63,271 bases of DNA, filler included, from Octopus bimaculoides (GCF_001194135.2; 8 parts of 7 records of this genome joined end to end with filler, not necessarily neighbours in it); one strand, 5' to 3'. Counted from the whole stretch's first letter, positions 25,933-39,139 are shown. Numbers and translations are program-made. Notes: generated by a model not told the origin, from the sequence alone.

Positions 25933-26312
25933 AGGAGCAGGCGTGCCTGTGTGGTAGGAAGCTTGCTTCCCAACCACATGGTTCAGGGTTCAGTTCCGCT
26001 ATGTGGCAACTTGGGCAGGTGTCTTCTGCTATAGCCTCGGGCCGGCCAAAGCCTTGTGAGTGGATTTGGTAGACGGAAACTGAAAGAAGCCCGTCATATA
26101 TATATGTGTGTGTGTACATGTCTTTGTACCCCCCATCATCGCTTGACAACCAATGTTGGTGTGATTACGTCCCCGTAACTTAGCAGTTCGGCAAAAGAGT
26201 CCGATAAAATAAGTACTAGGCTTACAAAGAATAAGACCTAGCGTCGATTCGTTCGACTAAAGGTGGTGCTACAGTATGGCCGCAGTCAAGTGACTGAAAC
26301 AAGTAAAAGAGT
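25933..26312 (+). mobile_element. SINE family A, full length
   Basis: Head aggagcaggcgtgcctgtgtggtaggaagc...gggttcagttcc, the shared body, and a gactgaaacaagtaaaagag tail. Confidence 0.9.
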
Positions 26313-26339
26313 ATAGTGTTATAGTGCGAGCCTGTAAAA

Positions 26340-26560
26340 AAAGGCGGTGGCAAAATCGTTACCTCACCTCATTAATAGGATTTCTTTCGGTTTTTACGTT
26401 CTAAGTTCAAATTCCGCCAAGATCGACTTTGCCTTCCACTCATTTTACGATCAATAAGATAAGTACCAGTTGAGCAGTGTTTGTGTGTGGTGGTGGTGGG
26501 GGTCGATATAATTGAATAACACACTCCCACTATATTTCAGGCTTGTTGTCTACAGCAGAA
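26340..26560 (+). mobile_element. SINE family B, diverged, plus orientation
   Basis: aaggcggtggcaaaatcgtta...ctaagttcaaattccgccaagatcgactttgcctt. Confidence 0.75.
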
Positions 26561-27677
26561 AGAAGAAAAAAATAGTGTGAGATTATAAAACGTGACATTT
26601 AATAAACTATAAACATCGCATACTTTATGTCATTTGACTCAATCCAAGAGTGTTTGTAGTTCGTAAAATTAACTACTGAGATAATTAAGACCAGATTCAA
26701 GCATAGTTTAAATATAAATCCCACTAATGACTTTCTAATTTCCATGTACTTTTAATCAAAACATAAAGTTCATTCTATATTGAGACTATTATTCGATTAG
26801 AGTTAAGCAACCATATTATCTTAAAATTGAAACTGTAACTGATAGCAGAACCAGGTTAAACGTTTGACTGTTCTTGACGTGGAACGAATTTCAACTACTC
26901 ACAGAGAATCTGTTTCTTTTGGAAGTAGGAAGGTTATGAAGATTAATAGAGGATTGGCAAATTTTCTGTTTAATAAACCAAAGTTTTAAAACCTTCGAAG
27001 CTGAAGAAAGAAGAATGGCACGCTTAGAACTTCTGTTCTGTCTTCTCGTTAATAAAAAAAAAAAAAATTTTAAGTGGGACGGAGAAAAAAATGTTCACTA
27101 GACGCATGCATGGCTGTGTGATAAAGAAGCTAGCTTTGAAACCATCTGGTTTCGAGTTCAGTCCCACTCTGCAGTACCTTGGGTAAGCATCTTCTACTAT
27201 TGCCCGGGCGCGAAAATTTTTCCCACGAGAGTTCCGGACCCCCAGTAATGAACTCATTTGCAATCAGAGTTCACCTTGACCTTGTCAAGNNNNNNNNNNN
27301 NNNNNNNNNNNNNNNNNNNNNNNNNNNNNNNNNNNNNNNNNNNNNNNNNNNNNNNNNNNNNNNNNNNNNNNNNNNNNNNNNNNNNNNNNNNNNNNNNNNN
27401 NNNNNNNNNNNNNNNNNNNNNNNNNNNNNNNNNNNNNNNNNNNNNNNNNNNNNNNNNNNNNNNNNNNNNNNNNNNNNNNNNNNNNNNNNNNNNNNNNNNN
27501 NNNNNNNNNNNNNNNNNNNNNNNNNNNNNNNNNNNNNNNNNNNNNNNNNNNNNNNNNNNNNNNNNNNNNNNNNNNNNNNNNNNNNNNNNNNNNNNNNNNN
27601 NNNNNNNNNNNNNNNNNNNNNNNNNNNNNNNNNNNNNNNNNNNNNNNNNNNNNNNNNNNNNNNNNNNNNNNNNNNNG

Positions 27678-28027
27678 GTTGGAGCCTCCAGCTGTATGAA
27701 AATTTCCTGACCTCCCCACCCCTTTGTCAGAAAACATCTTCAGGAGTTGTGAAGAACGAATTTGTGCGTAGTCTCTTTCTGAGAGGTATTCTGTTGGACC
27801 TCTGTCTAATCAATAAAACATTGGACGATCTTTCGATATGGCAACACACGACTGTCACTTACAAACCACGTGGGTTTATTTACATTTTTGAAGATGATCG
27901 TCGGTTTCCGTAAAAAATTTTATATATTTTTTAATATGGGGTTGGGGGAAAGGGGAGAGAGAGAGAGAGAGAGATAACTGAAATTTTTTATTCACTTTTT
28001 GTAGTGAGTGATTGACAGAGAAAAAGC

Positions 28028-28060
<33 letters not shown>

Positions 28061-28560
28061 GTTATGTATGTATGAATGGATTCAGTGACACACACACACG
28101 CAGGTTGTTATGTATGTATGTATATATGTATGTACGTACGTATGTATGTATGTATACATAGATGTATTTATCTATGTATGGCCGAGAGAGAGTTAACTGA
28201 AATTTTTTTACTCACTTTTTGTAGTGAGTGAATGTGTAAGTGACTGACAGGGAAAAGAAGAGAGGGGTTATGTATGTATGTATGTATGGCTTTGGCTGAC
28301 TGTCATCCTGTACTCCCCTTGTTGCTAGCGAAATGGTAAATGCCAGTTGTGTGAGCAACTGGTTGTTTTAATGGCGGAACAGATAGGGGAATTACATTAG
28401 AACAGTTTTAATCGATTTTCTCGGTAACTATAGGGGCTGTGACAAAAAATACAAACCGCATTCCAATCTATGCACCTGTCTCCACATGTGTGTCATTTTT
28501 CACGCGAATCCACCCAGCCGTTTGGCTGTGAACCTCAAGACAAGAAAGAATACAACGCTC
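27678..28560. mobile_element. Probable Helentron/HINE-like non-autonomous element with internal microsatellites and an internal ~220-bp duplication
   Basis: The block taactgaaatttttt..tcactttttgtagtgagtga occurs at ~27973 and ~28193. The 3' part ttttcacgcgaatccacccagccgtttggctgtga..agacaaga resembles HINE/DINE-1-type ends. Confidence 0.4.
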
Positions 28561-28739
28561 GCCCATGTCCAATTATATATATATATGTGTGTGTGTGCGT
28601 GTGTATCTTTAAACGTTTTTGAATACGCATATAAAAGCTCCTGATTTATTCTGTCGGCTATAGCCTAATGATACCAACTTGCACTAGCAGTTTTATGAGG
28701 TTGTATCGAGCTGTGCCGACAAAATGTAGGATAAATACA

Positions 28740-28792
<53 letters not shown>

Positions 28793-28974
28793 CTATGGAT
28801 GGAATTTATAAATATTTTAATAGTCCATATTCCTGGGATGATTACAGTACAATCCGTAGTATCGATAGACATCGGGTGAATCATAGTTCCTGCGTTCATG
28901 TCATCTGGCGATATAGCATTAGTTATGCGTACGTGCGCGCGCGCGCGTGTGTTTGTTTGTTTGTCTGTGTTTAT

Positions 28975-29175
28975 CTCCATCCCCACACTGTTTGATAACT
29001 GGTGCTGGTTTGTTTGCTTCCCCGTAACCTAGCAGTTCAGCAAAAAAAGACCGATGGAATAAGAAACAAACATCAAAAAAAAAAAAAAAAAAGCACTGAG
29101 GTCGATTTCTTCGACTAAACCTCGTATAGCGGTGCTCCGGCATGGCCTGAAGTCCAATGACAGAAACAAATAAAA
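28975..29175 (+). mobile_element. SINE family A 3' half
   Basis: ttgataactggtgctggt...ccccgtaacctagcagttc...catggcctgaagtccaatgacagaaacaaataaaa. Confidence 0.75.
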
Positions 29176-29245
29176 TAGATAATATTTTCAGGTACAGAGG
29201 TGAGATTCTGGCATTTGCCAGTTGGAGCAGCGGCCCTTAACTTAT

Positions 29246-29809
29246 TGTAGGGGAAGTGGACATACACCATCCTGTGTATTCCAATTCCGTACATTAAATT
29301 TCTTAAGGAAGGAAACGAAACGCAGACTCTAAACTAAACAGCACAACAAATATTTTATTACAGCAGAAACCCGCTCACACTAGGAGGGGATTCGGTAGCA
29401 TGTCGCCTTTTGGTTAGATGAGACGTCGTCTTGAAGTCGCGTGGCTGGTGTGTACGTTGAGACGTCGGTGTAGACGCTGGCGACGAAGCTTGTAGTAAAC
29501 AGTTAGTTGAACGGTGGTGTGTCGTCGCTGGAACTGGCTGGTGCCCTGTGGTCAGCGGCTAGACCTCAGAAGGTCTAAGGCTACTAGACAACTTTAGCGC
29601 AGACAAGTTAATTTTTTATGAGAAATAATCGGCTCAAACAGGGGTTCGGAAAACTGTTCCACGTGACCTTATCAGAAGGCTGCGATTGATTGGTTTGCAC
29701 CTTGGCGCGAAATAGAACCAGAGACAAAATGCGCCAATACCAACCAATCAGAGTGGTGGACACAACAGGGTCCAAAGATGCGGCCGAAGGCTAGCTGTTA
29801 TCTGCTACG
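29246..29809 (-). mobile_element. Probable solo LTR (about 564 bp)
   Basis: Minus strand (C)GTAGCAG...CCCCTACA gives near-canonical TG..CA inverted ends (TGTAG/CTAC). CCAAT boxes, CACGTG, a TATA-like CATAAAAA and AATAAA follow in U3-R-U5 order. It is CpG-rich, and no TSD was found. Confidence 0.6.
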
Positions 29810-30191
29810 TCCGCATTCATGCATATATAACAGAGAGAGAGAGAGAGAAGCTTCGCTACACTATTTTTCACCGTGGACCGATTTCACGCTAGAAAATTTT
29901 TCTACTGACCAGGCGAACACAATGACAAAGATACATAAACACATACAGACAGACATACGAATCTGGCANNNNNNNNNNNNNNNNNNNNNNNNNNNNNNNN
30001 NNNNNNNNNNNNTTAATTAATTAANNNNNNNNNNNNNNNNNNNNNNNNNNNNNNNNNNNNNNNNNNNNATATATATATATATATATACATACACACACAT
30101 ATATATACATATATATGCATCGCCATATTGTACCACTGAAAGAAACACGTTTTTTTCTTCATTTTCTTTCCTTATTTATTTCTTCTTATAC

Positions 30192-30227
30192 CTTTCAGTT
30201 GAAAAGCGTAGGCTCGAAACGTAAAAG
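30192..30227 (+). ncRNA. Minimal type I hammerhead-like motif in a Penelope-like pseudo-LTR remnant
   Basis: CTTT-CAGTTGA-A-AAGC-GTAG-GCTC-GAA-ACGT-A-AAAG: stem I, variant core, stem II, palindromic stem III. Confidence 0.45.
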
Positions 30228-31216
30228 CCTTTTCCATTTTTCCCGAGCGCCAAACTAAGATATATATATATATATATATATTGTTGTGTATGTCTACATG
30301 CACGCATGTATGTATATAAATATATCACATGCTGTTCCGTTTTGATGACACAAAAAAAAACGGTCCATCAAATGAGAAATACATTGCGCAGGGTTTAAAT
30401 GCCAACTACTGTGACTTTCATGTCAGATAATGCAATTGTGGAATATGCTTGTATATTACCTAGCAAACAACTTCTAAATAAGAAAGTTTCAATATTTGCT
30501 TGATAATATTTGGCACATCACACTATACAAGATCATCTAAATATTATAATAGTGGCATCGACATTTTAGTATCTTGTATATTAAATGACACACACACACA
30601 CACAAATACACACACACTCACACGCACACTTACAAACACACACAGACCCATCGACACACCTGAACCTGTATGTAAACTACATCTTTTAATATTTCTGTCA
30701 TAATTATAAACTAATTAATTAACAAATTATCCTAATTAATATAGTTAGTTAATAAGCAGTAACGATTAATGGCCAAGTCATATTGATTTTTGGCTGACAT
30801 GCAAGTTATATTGATTTTTGGTTCACATGCAAGGATAATTAACCAAACTATATTTATACAGCTTATGTAATTATTTCACAGAAATGACGTATGAAGGATA
30901 TCTCTCGACTGTAACTTATGTGAAAGCCATACAACATCAGTTTCGATTTCCTGCTGTTTTGAATATCTCACTGCTTTATAGGTGTGAGAAATGAAATATT
31001 GTAATGCGAAATATTGTAAATTGATGAGAAAATACTTCACATTTCTGCAGATATGATTTGGATTATTATAAGTAGATAACATAAAAATACACGTGTTAAT
31101 AACTACAAATGAAATACAGTGGGGTGTATGTAGTTTTCTCTCTCTCTCTTTCTCCCTCTCTCTGTCTCTGCCTAAGTCTCTCTCTTACTCTCTATCTCTC
31201 TCTCTATATATATTCG

Positions 31217-31265
<49 letters not shown>

Positions 31266-32753
31266 NNNNNNNNNNNNNNNNNNNNNNNNNNNNNNNNNNN
31301 NNNNNNNNNNNNNNNNNNNNNNNNNNNNNNNNNNNNNNNNNNNNNNNNNNNNNNNNNNNNNNNNNNNNNNNNNNNNNNNNNNNNNNNNNNNNNNNNNNNN
31401 NNNNNNNNNNNNNNNNNNNNNNNNNNNNNNNNNNNNNNNNNNNNNNNNNNNNNNNNNNNNNNNNNNNNNNNNNNNNNNNNNNNNNNNNNNNNNNNNNNNN
31501 NNNNNNNNNNNNNNNNNNNNNNNNNNNNNNNNNNNNNNNNNNNNNNNNNNNNNNNNNNNNNNNNNNNNNNNNNNNNNNNNNNNNNNNNNNNNNNNNNNNN
31601 NNNNNNNNNNNNNNNNNNNNNNNNNNNNNNNNNNNNNNNNNNNNNNNNNNNNNNNNNNNNNNNNNNNNNNNNNNNNNNNNNNNNNNNNNNNNNNNNNNNN
31701 NNNNNNNNNNNNNNNNNNNNNNNNNNNNNNNNNNNNNNNNNNNNNNNNNNNNNNNNNNNNNNNNNNNNNNNNNNNNNNNNNNNNNNNNNNNNNNNNNNNN
31801 NNNNNNNNNNNNNNNNNNNNNNNNNNNNNNNNNNNNNNNNNNNNNNNNNNNNACAATTAGAAATAATTAACAATAAATATGCTTATATCGAAAATGTATG
31901 ATTTATTATTGAGCCACATCGAAAGAATATGACATATATATATATAAATTACAGTCAGCCATTTTCCTTTTTTTTACAAGAAACCAGAGGTAGCCGGCAG
32001 TTAAACATTTGAACTCTACTTATCAAACACGCACACATTCACACTCAAACACTCACACATTCATACTCAAGACACACGCTCACATATATGTAAATATATG
32101 AGTGTGTATTTCATGTAAAATTAAATTTGCTTCGAAACCAGAAACTGATAAATCAAGAATAGTATTCTATTTATTAGCCTTAGTAACGGATAGGCTATTT
32201 AAAGATTAGTCGCCTTGTTTATTGATTTTCTAATGGTGTGCAAGGCAAATTTATGGTTGTAAGTCTTGCTGCGAAAATGTGTCTTCCTGTGTCATAATTT
32301 CATGGCGTGTCTAAACAAGATTCAGTTATAAATCCGCATGTACATTTATGTATGTACTCATATGTGGTCTAGTACAACTTCAAAGATTTATTAGCTAAAT
32401 AATCATTTTAAAAACATTCGCCAAATATGAACTTTTACAATTGTAATTAAATGGAATTTTACATCCTGTGGTGTCATTGACATAGAAAAAATAGTCAATA
32501 TATTTGAAACTCTTTATAGTATAAATTGCTAGTTGAAATATTTCCCTATCTCCTTAAAGACATATTTTAGTACGGCGAAGTTTGTCTTAAATTATATATC
32601 AAAAACGAATATTGATATTTGTAATGATGATAATTATACCCCCACGCGAAAGAATCGTTCAAATATTGTGTATAGTATACTTACAATAAACACTATATAA
32701 ATATAAGTGTATGTATATATGTATGGATGCCCTGATGTTTGTATTTATATATT

Positions 32754-32793
<40 letters not shown>

Positions 32794-33599
32794 CACACCC
32801 ACACCCACACACCCACACCCACACCCACACACCCACCNNNNNNNNNNNNNNNNNNNNNNNNNNNNNNNNNNNNNNNNNNNNNNNNNNNNNNNNNNNNNNN
32901 NNNNNNNNNNNNNNNNNNNNNNNNNNNNNNNNNNNNNNNNNNNNNNNNNNNNNNNNNNNNNNNNNNNNNNNNNNNNNNNNNNNNNNNNNNNNNNNNNNNN
33001 NNNNNNNNNNNNNNNNNNNNNNNNNNNNNNNNNNNNNNNNNNNNNNNNNNNNNNNNNNNNNNNNNNNNNNNNNNNNNNNNNNNNNNNNNNNNNNNNNNNN
33101 NNNNNNNNNNNNNNNNNNNNNNTATAACTTCAAATCTCAGCGTTTGAATGTTTCATTTATATATATATATATATATGCCACTACTGGTGATATCATCAAA
33201 TCCAGAATTTATCCACAGATGATATGAACAGTAGTGACATATAACTTCAAATCTCAGCGTTTGAATGTTTCATTTATATATATATATATATATGAGAAAT
33301 CATTGAGAACGTCCTTGGTATGTGTATAGTCGTTTTACTAGTGAAAATATTTAATCGTAGCATATACTCTAAGTAAACATATGAACCAATGTCTTACAGC
33401 AGAGCGTGATGTATACAGCGATTCAACTTTCTTACTAACTGTAACACATAAGTCACGGTGATGACTTTTTCTACTAGTATATATGTACGTTACAAACTAT
33501 ATAATCCTCTCATTTCTACAGCTAAAAACCTAGACTAGATGTATTACCAGAAACAATTAAATCTAATTAAAACAGAATTTTTAATGAACTGATCTAAAG

Positions 33600-33780
33600 A
33601 CAGCAGGCTGTCAGAATCGTTAGCACCCCGGGCAAAATCCTTAGCGGCATTTAATCTGAGTTCGATTTCCGTTGATGCAGACTTTGCTTTTCATTCTTTT
33701 GGAGGAGGATAAAATAACCACCAGTTGACTGACTTACCCACTTTCCCGAAGTTGCTGTATTTGAGCCAAAGTTTGAAATC
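33600..33780 (+). mobile_element. SINE family B, diverged
   Basis: ggctgtcagaatcgttagcaccccgggcaaaatccttagcggcattt..ctgagttcgatttcc. Confidence 0.75.
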
Positions 33781-34609
33781 ATTATTAGATAATCTATATT
33801 TGTTGCAACGAAAAATCTACATAGCGAAGAATAGCCGACTAAAAACTTTAAATTTAATTAACACTTGTGTTCCTACCCGGCTTATATAACTAAATATACT
33901 TTGTCCTTTCTTGCTGATCAATATAAAGATAAAAATACAGTTTCTTAATTGATTAAATATATAATATATATATATCAGTTTCACTTGCGCCTTTAACCAT
34001 CTTATGATTTATAGATGAGTAAAGTTAATTACACTATATTTTAAATAGATTTTTATTCAACGATCAATCCCACGCTGCCTGACAATTAAGAGATCGATAG
34101 ATTTAAATATTGTTTATTTAATATAATTACTAAATAATTTTGGGGCTTACACCGTTATAAATATTTTTCAAAACTTTCGATCAAGTAGTTTGGGTTTATT
34201 TCTATTACATTACTAAATTTACTTGAATAAAGTTTAATCTCTCCCAGGAGAGATAATGTTTGTTAATTGCTTGGATAACCACATTTAGTCGTACAGTTTG
34301 TAAGAAACTTAGTCATTATATATTTTCAAGTTTGATTTTATAGGGGCAAATATGAAAGGGTAAAAGTTGAAACATACAATTAATATATTTCATAATTACT
34401 TGTTCTATAATAATAATACGCTTATGAATTAATAATAATAATAATTCTATAATAATAAGCTTATGAATTTATTTAGTTTTAATTAAACAGTACTTTCTGT
34501 TTACCTGGTCGGTGAAAATAAGCACGATTATAAGTACTTGACAAAGTGAACTCACTCTAAGATATATACTCGATACATATGCATCTTCAATATCTTTGTT
34601 TAGTCTAAG

Positions 34610-34710
34610 ACAATGAGCTGGCAGAAACGTTAGCACGCCGGGAAAAATGCATAGCAGCATTTTGTGCGTCTTCACGTTCTGAGTTCAAATTCTGCTGAGG
34701 TCGACTTTGC
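34610..34710 (+). mobile_element. SINE family B 5' part
   Basis: gagctggcagaaacgttagcacgccggg...ctgagttcaaattctgctgaggtcgactttgc. Confidence 0.8.
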
Positions 34711-35099
34711 AATAAAATTCAATGTATTACACGTTTTAACGAACTGTGGTCTACTTTGTTCACTTAGAAGGCACCAGCAAACACACACAAGTGTATATGC
34801 CGAGGCTTACCTCTAGTCTGTTAAACTGGAGCTTATCTCGGTCCTCTTGGTGCTTAAAACAATGATATTACAAATGTAACTTTGCACTAACGCCAGTCTT
34901 ACACGGCGTTCGCTATCCGGCTGTCACCGGAACTAGTTTCTTGTGTGAATATGACGTACCTTGCTCAATGATAGAATGTCACCCTGTTTAGAAATCGAAC
35001 TCAAGAACACCCTTGCGACTAGCAATTGACGTTTTAGAAGCACGCTCGCACAGATATATTTGCAGATGTGTGCGTGTGGGTGTATATATATATATTTTT

Positions 35100-35540
35100 T
35101 ATTATAGGGACAAGACACGAAATTTTGGGGGAAGGGGCCAGTCGATTAGATCGACCCTAGTATGCAACTGGTACTTAATTCATCGATCCCAAAAGGTTGA
35201 AAGCAAAGTCGACCTCAGCGGAATTTGAACTTAGAACATAAAGGCAGACTAAATACTGCTATGCATTTCGCCCGGTGTGCTAACGTTTGTACTAGCTTAC
35301 CGCTTTCCTTTCAGTATATACTCTTTTCTACTCGATGAACAAGGCCCGCAATTTTTGAAGAGGGGGCCAGTCGATCACATCGACCAGTACACAACTGGTA
35401 CTTAATTTATCGACAAAAAAAAATGTATCAAAAGCAAAATAGACCTCGGCGGAATTTGAACGCAGAACGAAAAGGCAGACGAAATACTGCTGATCATTTC
35501 GCCCGGCGTGCTGACGTTTCTACCAGCTCGTTGCCTTGTG
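35100..35540 (-). mobile_element. Two tandem SINE family B copies
   Basis: Core sequence repeated at ~35100-35310 and ~35325-35540. Confidence 0.87.
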
Positions 35541-37348
35541 TAAACATATATTAAACTATATATGTATTAGAGTATCTCTGTTGTTAAGCCTTGGTTATAT
35601 AGAGCTCAACTGAAATATTTGAAAACAAAATCGGATAAATGAATGCAAATATAAAAAAAAAGTACTGCTTGCTTTGGATTGAATTTCAATAAACACCATT
35701 TTGAAATTACTTATTTGGAATAGAAGGGAATACAAAAAAAAAATCGATGACGAGCAGATGTGATAATGTTCAGTTTCTGTTCGGAAATTAACGCTAAATT
35801 GCCACTGCAACTTTCCATGCACGACAATAGTAAATTATGAGAGAGTTGTATACACGTTTCTGTGTACGTATAGAAGCGTTGAAGGCAGAGTAATGGCGAC
35901 CTCATGCTTTTGATTCGTTATATTCTATAATCTCAAAAAACATGAGTTGATTTTATTAGAACAGTTTTTACCAAAAAAATCAACGAAATATTTATGATTC
36001 TAAATTCGTAGAACAGGACTAATAGAGAATGGGATTGTTTCGTTAGTATACCGAAAAAGCTCTCTCTTAAATCAAGGTGGGGTATCCTCTATATTTCAAC
36101 AATACAAGACTTAGCCTGCTTTGCGAGATCGCTCAATTGGAAATAATTTTCAAACGTAAATAGAAGCCCAAACATTTTCATATCTGTCTCAGAAGCAGAC
36201 TAGTGATTCTCCCTACACACTCTGATCTACGTGTTGTAGTACATACAATTTTACCATTCAGTTTTGCTCGATTTGTTGAAGGAATGATAGTTACAATTTG
36301 GTGCCAATTTCCAAAGTAAGTCAGCGTGCTTGACCAGTGTTTTCATTAAACTTCAGGTAGAAACAGGGGCTGCTTAATCATGGATATGACAAATAAATAT
36401 TAAATTAGGAAGTAGTAAAGTAAAATAGCTGCTCATTTGTAGGCATTTTTTCAAATTTGGCTCGTTTTTTTATGTGGTAGTTGCATAAATAAGAAGAGAA
36501 TAAAGTAAGTTTTAGTCTCGATTGGAAATTAAAATGCCTCTACGAGACACAGGAGGGAATAATATTCACGTGAGATGAGAAAACAGTTGGAATTTCGTGT
36601 GGGCAACTGATGAAGAAAATACTCAGCTGCAAGCTGAATCTGAGTTATAATATATATTACATTATAAATGAAACACATCTCATTTAAGCAAAAGTAAACA
36701 CATGGGGTAAAGAAATCAGAATAAATGTTTAATCATGTCATTCTTTTTTCTGTTAAGCTTTATATTCGGCGTTATAAACTATATTGTAGTATTTCAACCT
36801 GAATAAATCAATTTTCCTCTGCAATAAACTTCGATTTTAAAACATGTTTGCCTGAGGTTTGTACTACATATGCAAAAATGTGTTTCCAATTGTTTGCCGT
36901 GTCATCCAATTTTCAAATAAAGTTGATGAAGTGTTTGCATGTTTCACTGGGCATTTTCTTTGATGCATTTTTAGCGATTCTTTGATAACGACAGTTTTAT
37001 TATCTCCAAGTGAATGTCACGTAGTTGAGTGGATTTTTCGCGAATCTCCAACTGTAAACTGCTTAATCAAACGTATTATGACATTTAGACTGTAAAAAAG
37101 ATGTTGTGAAGGTCGTGATTCTTCTTTTAAGCAAGCAATACTCATGTAGCATTGTCATCCTTGCTGCCATAAAACTGAACAATCTCCACCTTTGAATTAT
37201 ATCAGTATTAACATAAATCAAGCAGTGCTATGAAAGCACCGGTCTACGGTCACTCGATTTGGAAGAAACATCAACAAAATACTTCAGAAATCGTATAACA
37301 ATCTTTCCTCTCTCTCTCTCTCTCTCTGTCTCTCTCTGTCTCTCTCTG

Positions 37349-37379
<31 letters not shown>

Positions 37380-37429
37380 ATCTATCTTCCTACGTGGGTA
37401 CATGCATGTGAATAATTTGAATATTCATG

Positions 37430-37607
37430 ATAGATCGCTAGCCACGACACATTCTTTATTTTCTCTCCTTGTTTCTTTCCGTGTTCCTTTCTGTGGAAGG
37501 GTGTAGGCTTGAAACGTTAAAGACTTTTTCACTTCCCGAGCGTTATACTAATACATCTGTTTGTTGTCTACACCACCTGTCTTCGTCTTTTTTTTGTGAA
37601 TTCTCCC
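37430..37607 (+). mobile_element. Penelope-like pseudo-LTR remnant containing a hammerhead-like motif (37487-37522)
   Basis: CTTT-CTGTGGA-A-GGGT-GTAG-GCTT-GAA-ACGT-T-AAAG; downstream ttcccgagcg is shared with the 30192 copy. Confidence 0.55.
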
Positions 37608-38179
37608 TNNNNNNNNNNNNNNNNNNNNNNNNNNNNNNNNNNNNNNNNNNNNNNNNNNNNNNNNNNNNNNNNNNNNNNNNNNNNNNNNNNNNNNNNNNNN
37701 NNNNNNNNNNNNNNNNNNNNNNNNNNNNNNNNNNNNNNNNNNNNNNNNNNNNNNNNNNNNNNNNNNNNNNNNNNNNNNNNNNNNNNNNNNNNNNNNNNNN
37801 NNNNNNNNNNNNNNNNNNNNNNNNNNNNNNNNNNNNNNNNNNNNNNNNNNNNNNNNNNNNNNNTATATATATATAAAAATCCCATTCTATGTGTGTGTAA
37901 AATCAGCCTTTCGCTGTTTATAAACTGTCCATATTTTTGGGTTACGAAATAAGTGAGACAAAACGTGTTTTTGAATATATACATATATGAGTTGAAAACT
38001 TTCTTTTACCATTTCACTTAGCGTCTATGTTCCATGCTGGCATGGGTTGGAGAGTTATTACTGTAGAAAGTTGGTATCTCAGCTACTAGCAGTTGAGGCC
38101 TGCGTAATCCAGACGGCGTTTTTAAATTTTATTATTCTCTTTAACCCTTGCAACGCCGGGTATTTCTGCCAGTACATAT

Positions 38180-38227
<48 letters not shown>

Positions 38228-39139
38228 TTCATCATCATCAGAGAGCGAGAGTGGGAGATTGAGATAGATGAATAGAGAGACACTAGCATATATGGGGATA
38301 AGAATATTACATGTACATATCTTTGATATGAAATTACAGGTGTTTACGTGTGTATGTGAAAGCAAAAGAATATAGTTGGTAAAGACGGACAGTTGGAGAT
38401 GAATAAGGTTATATGATACTGTCAAAATACGCATCATTTACAAGCAGCGACGAATTCCATTGGTTGTTATGATGCAAAGGCTAGGTTGTTAATGGCAAGC
38501 AATTTAAGAATTTCACTGAAAGTAAGATTGGTACGCGATGGCAAAATTAAAATGTCAACATCTGTAATTAAGTTATGCAATCCTGGAGAGGCCGGTGTTG
38601 TGTTTCTATAGTCGGAAATATTTCTAGCTACACAAATATGTAATCCTTTTATTTCCTGTTTAATTTGAGCTTGGCAGGTGAGCATCATACGGATGTGATA
38701 GCCGTATATAAATATGCTTTATATTTTCAACGTATTTCGTTTAGTCAATTTTTTATTCTATTAAACATCGGTTTTATTTATATAAGATGGATGAGAGTGA
38801 AAGAAGACAACGAGAAAACAATGATAGATGGGTGATAGAATGGGTGGAAGGACTTTATATGGTACTATTGTATGAATGTGTGTAATTCTAACAAGTACCC
38901 TGAAAATTAGCTTCATTCTGTAGTGATGTCAGGTGTAATAAATTCGGGTAATTTAATAGCGTTAACAAGAGTTGACTGGTTTCATAAAGCATGATTTAAA
39001 TAGCAGAAAAATATAAAATTATGAACATGTGATTAAGGAGTTTGTGGAAGGCTGGAGTTGTATGAAGAGAAAAATAAGTTCTTGTGATTGAACTACTGGT
39101 TTCAGATTTTGTCACAAGGCCAGCAGTTTCAAGAGAATG

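Noticed and set aside
38467-38688. 73-aa minus-strand ORF of normal composition
   Set aside because: No recognisable domain or clear splice boundaries; the length is expected by chance.
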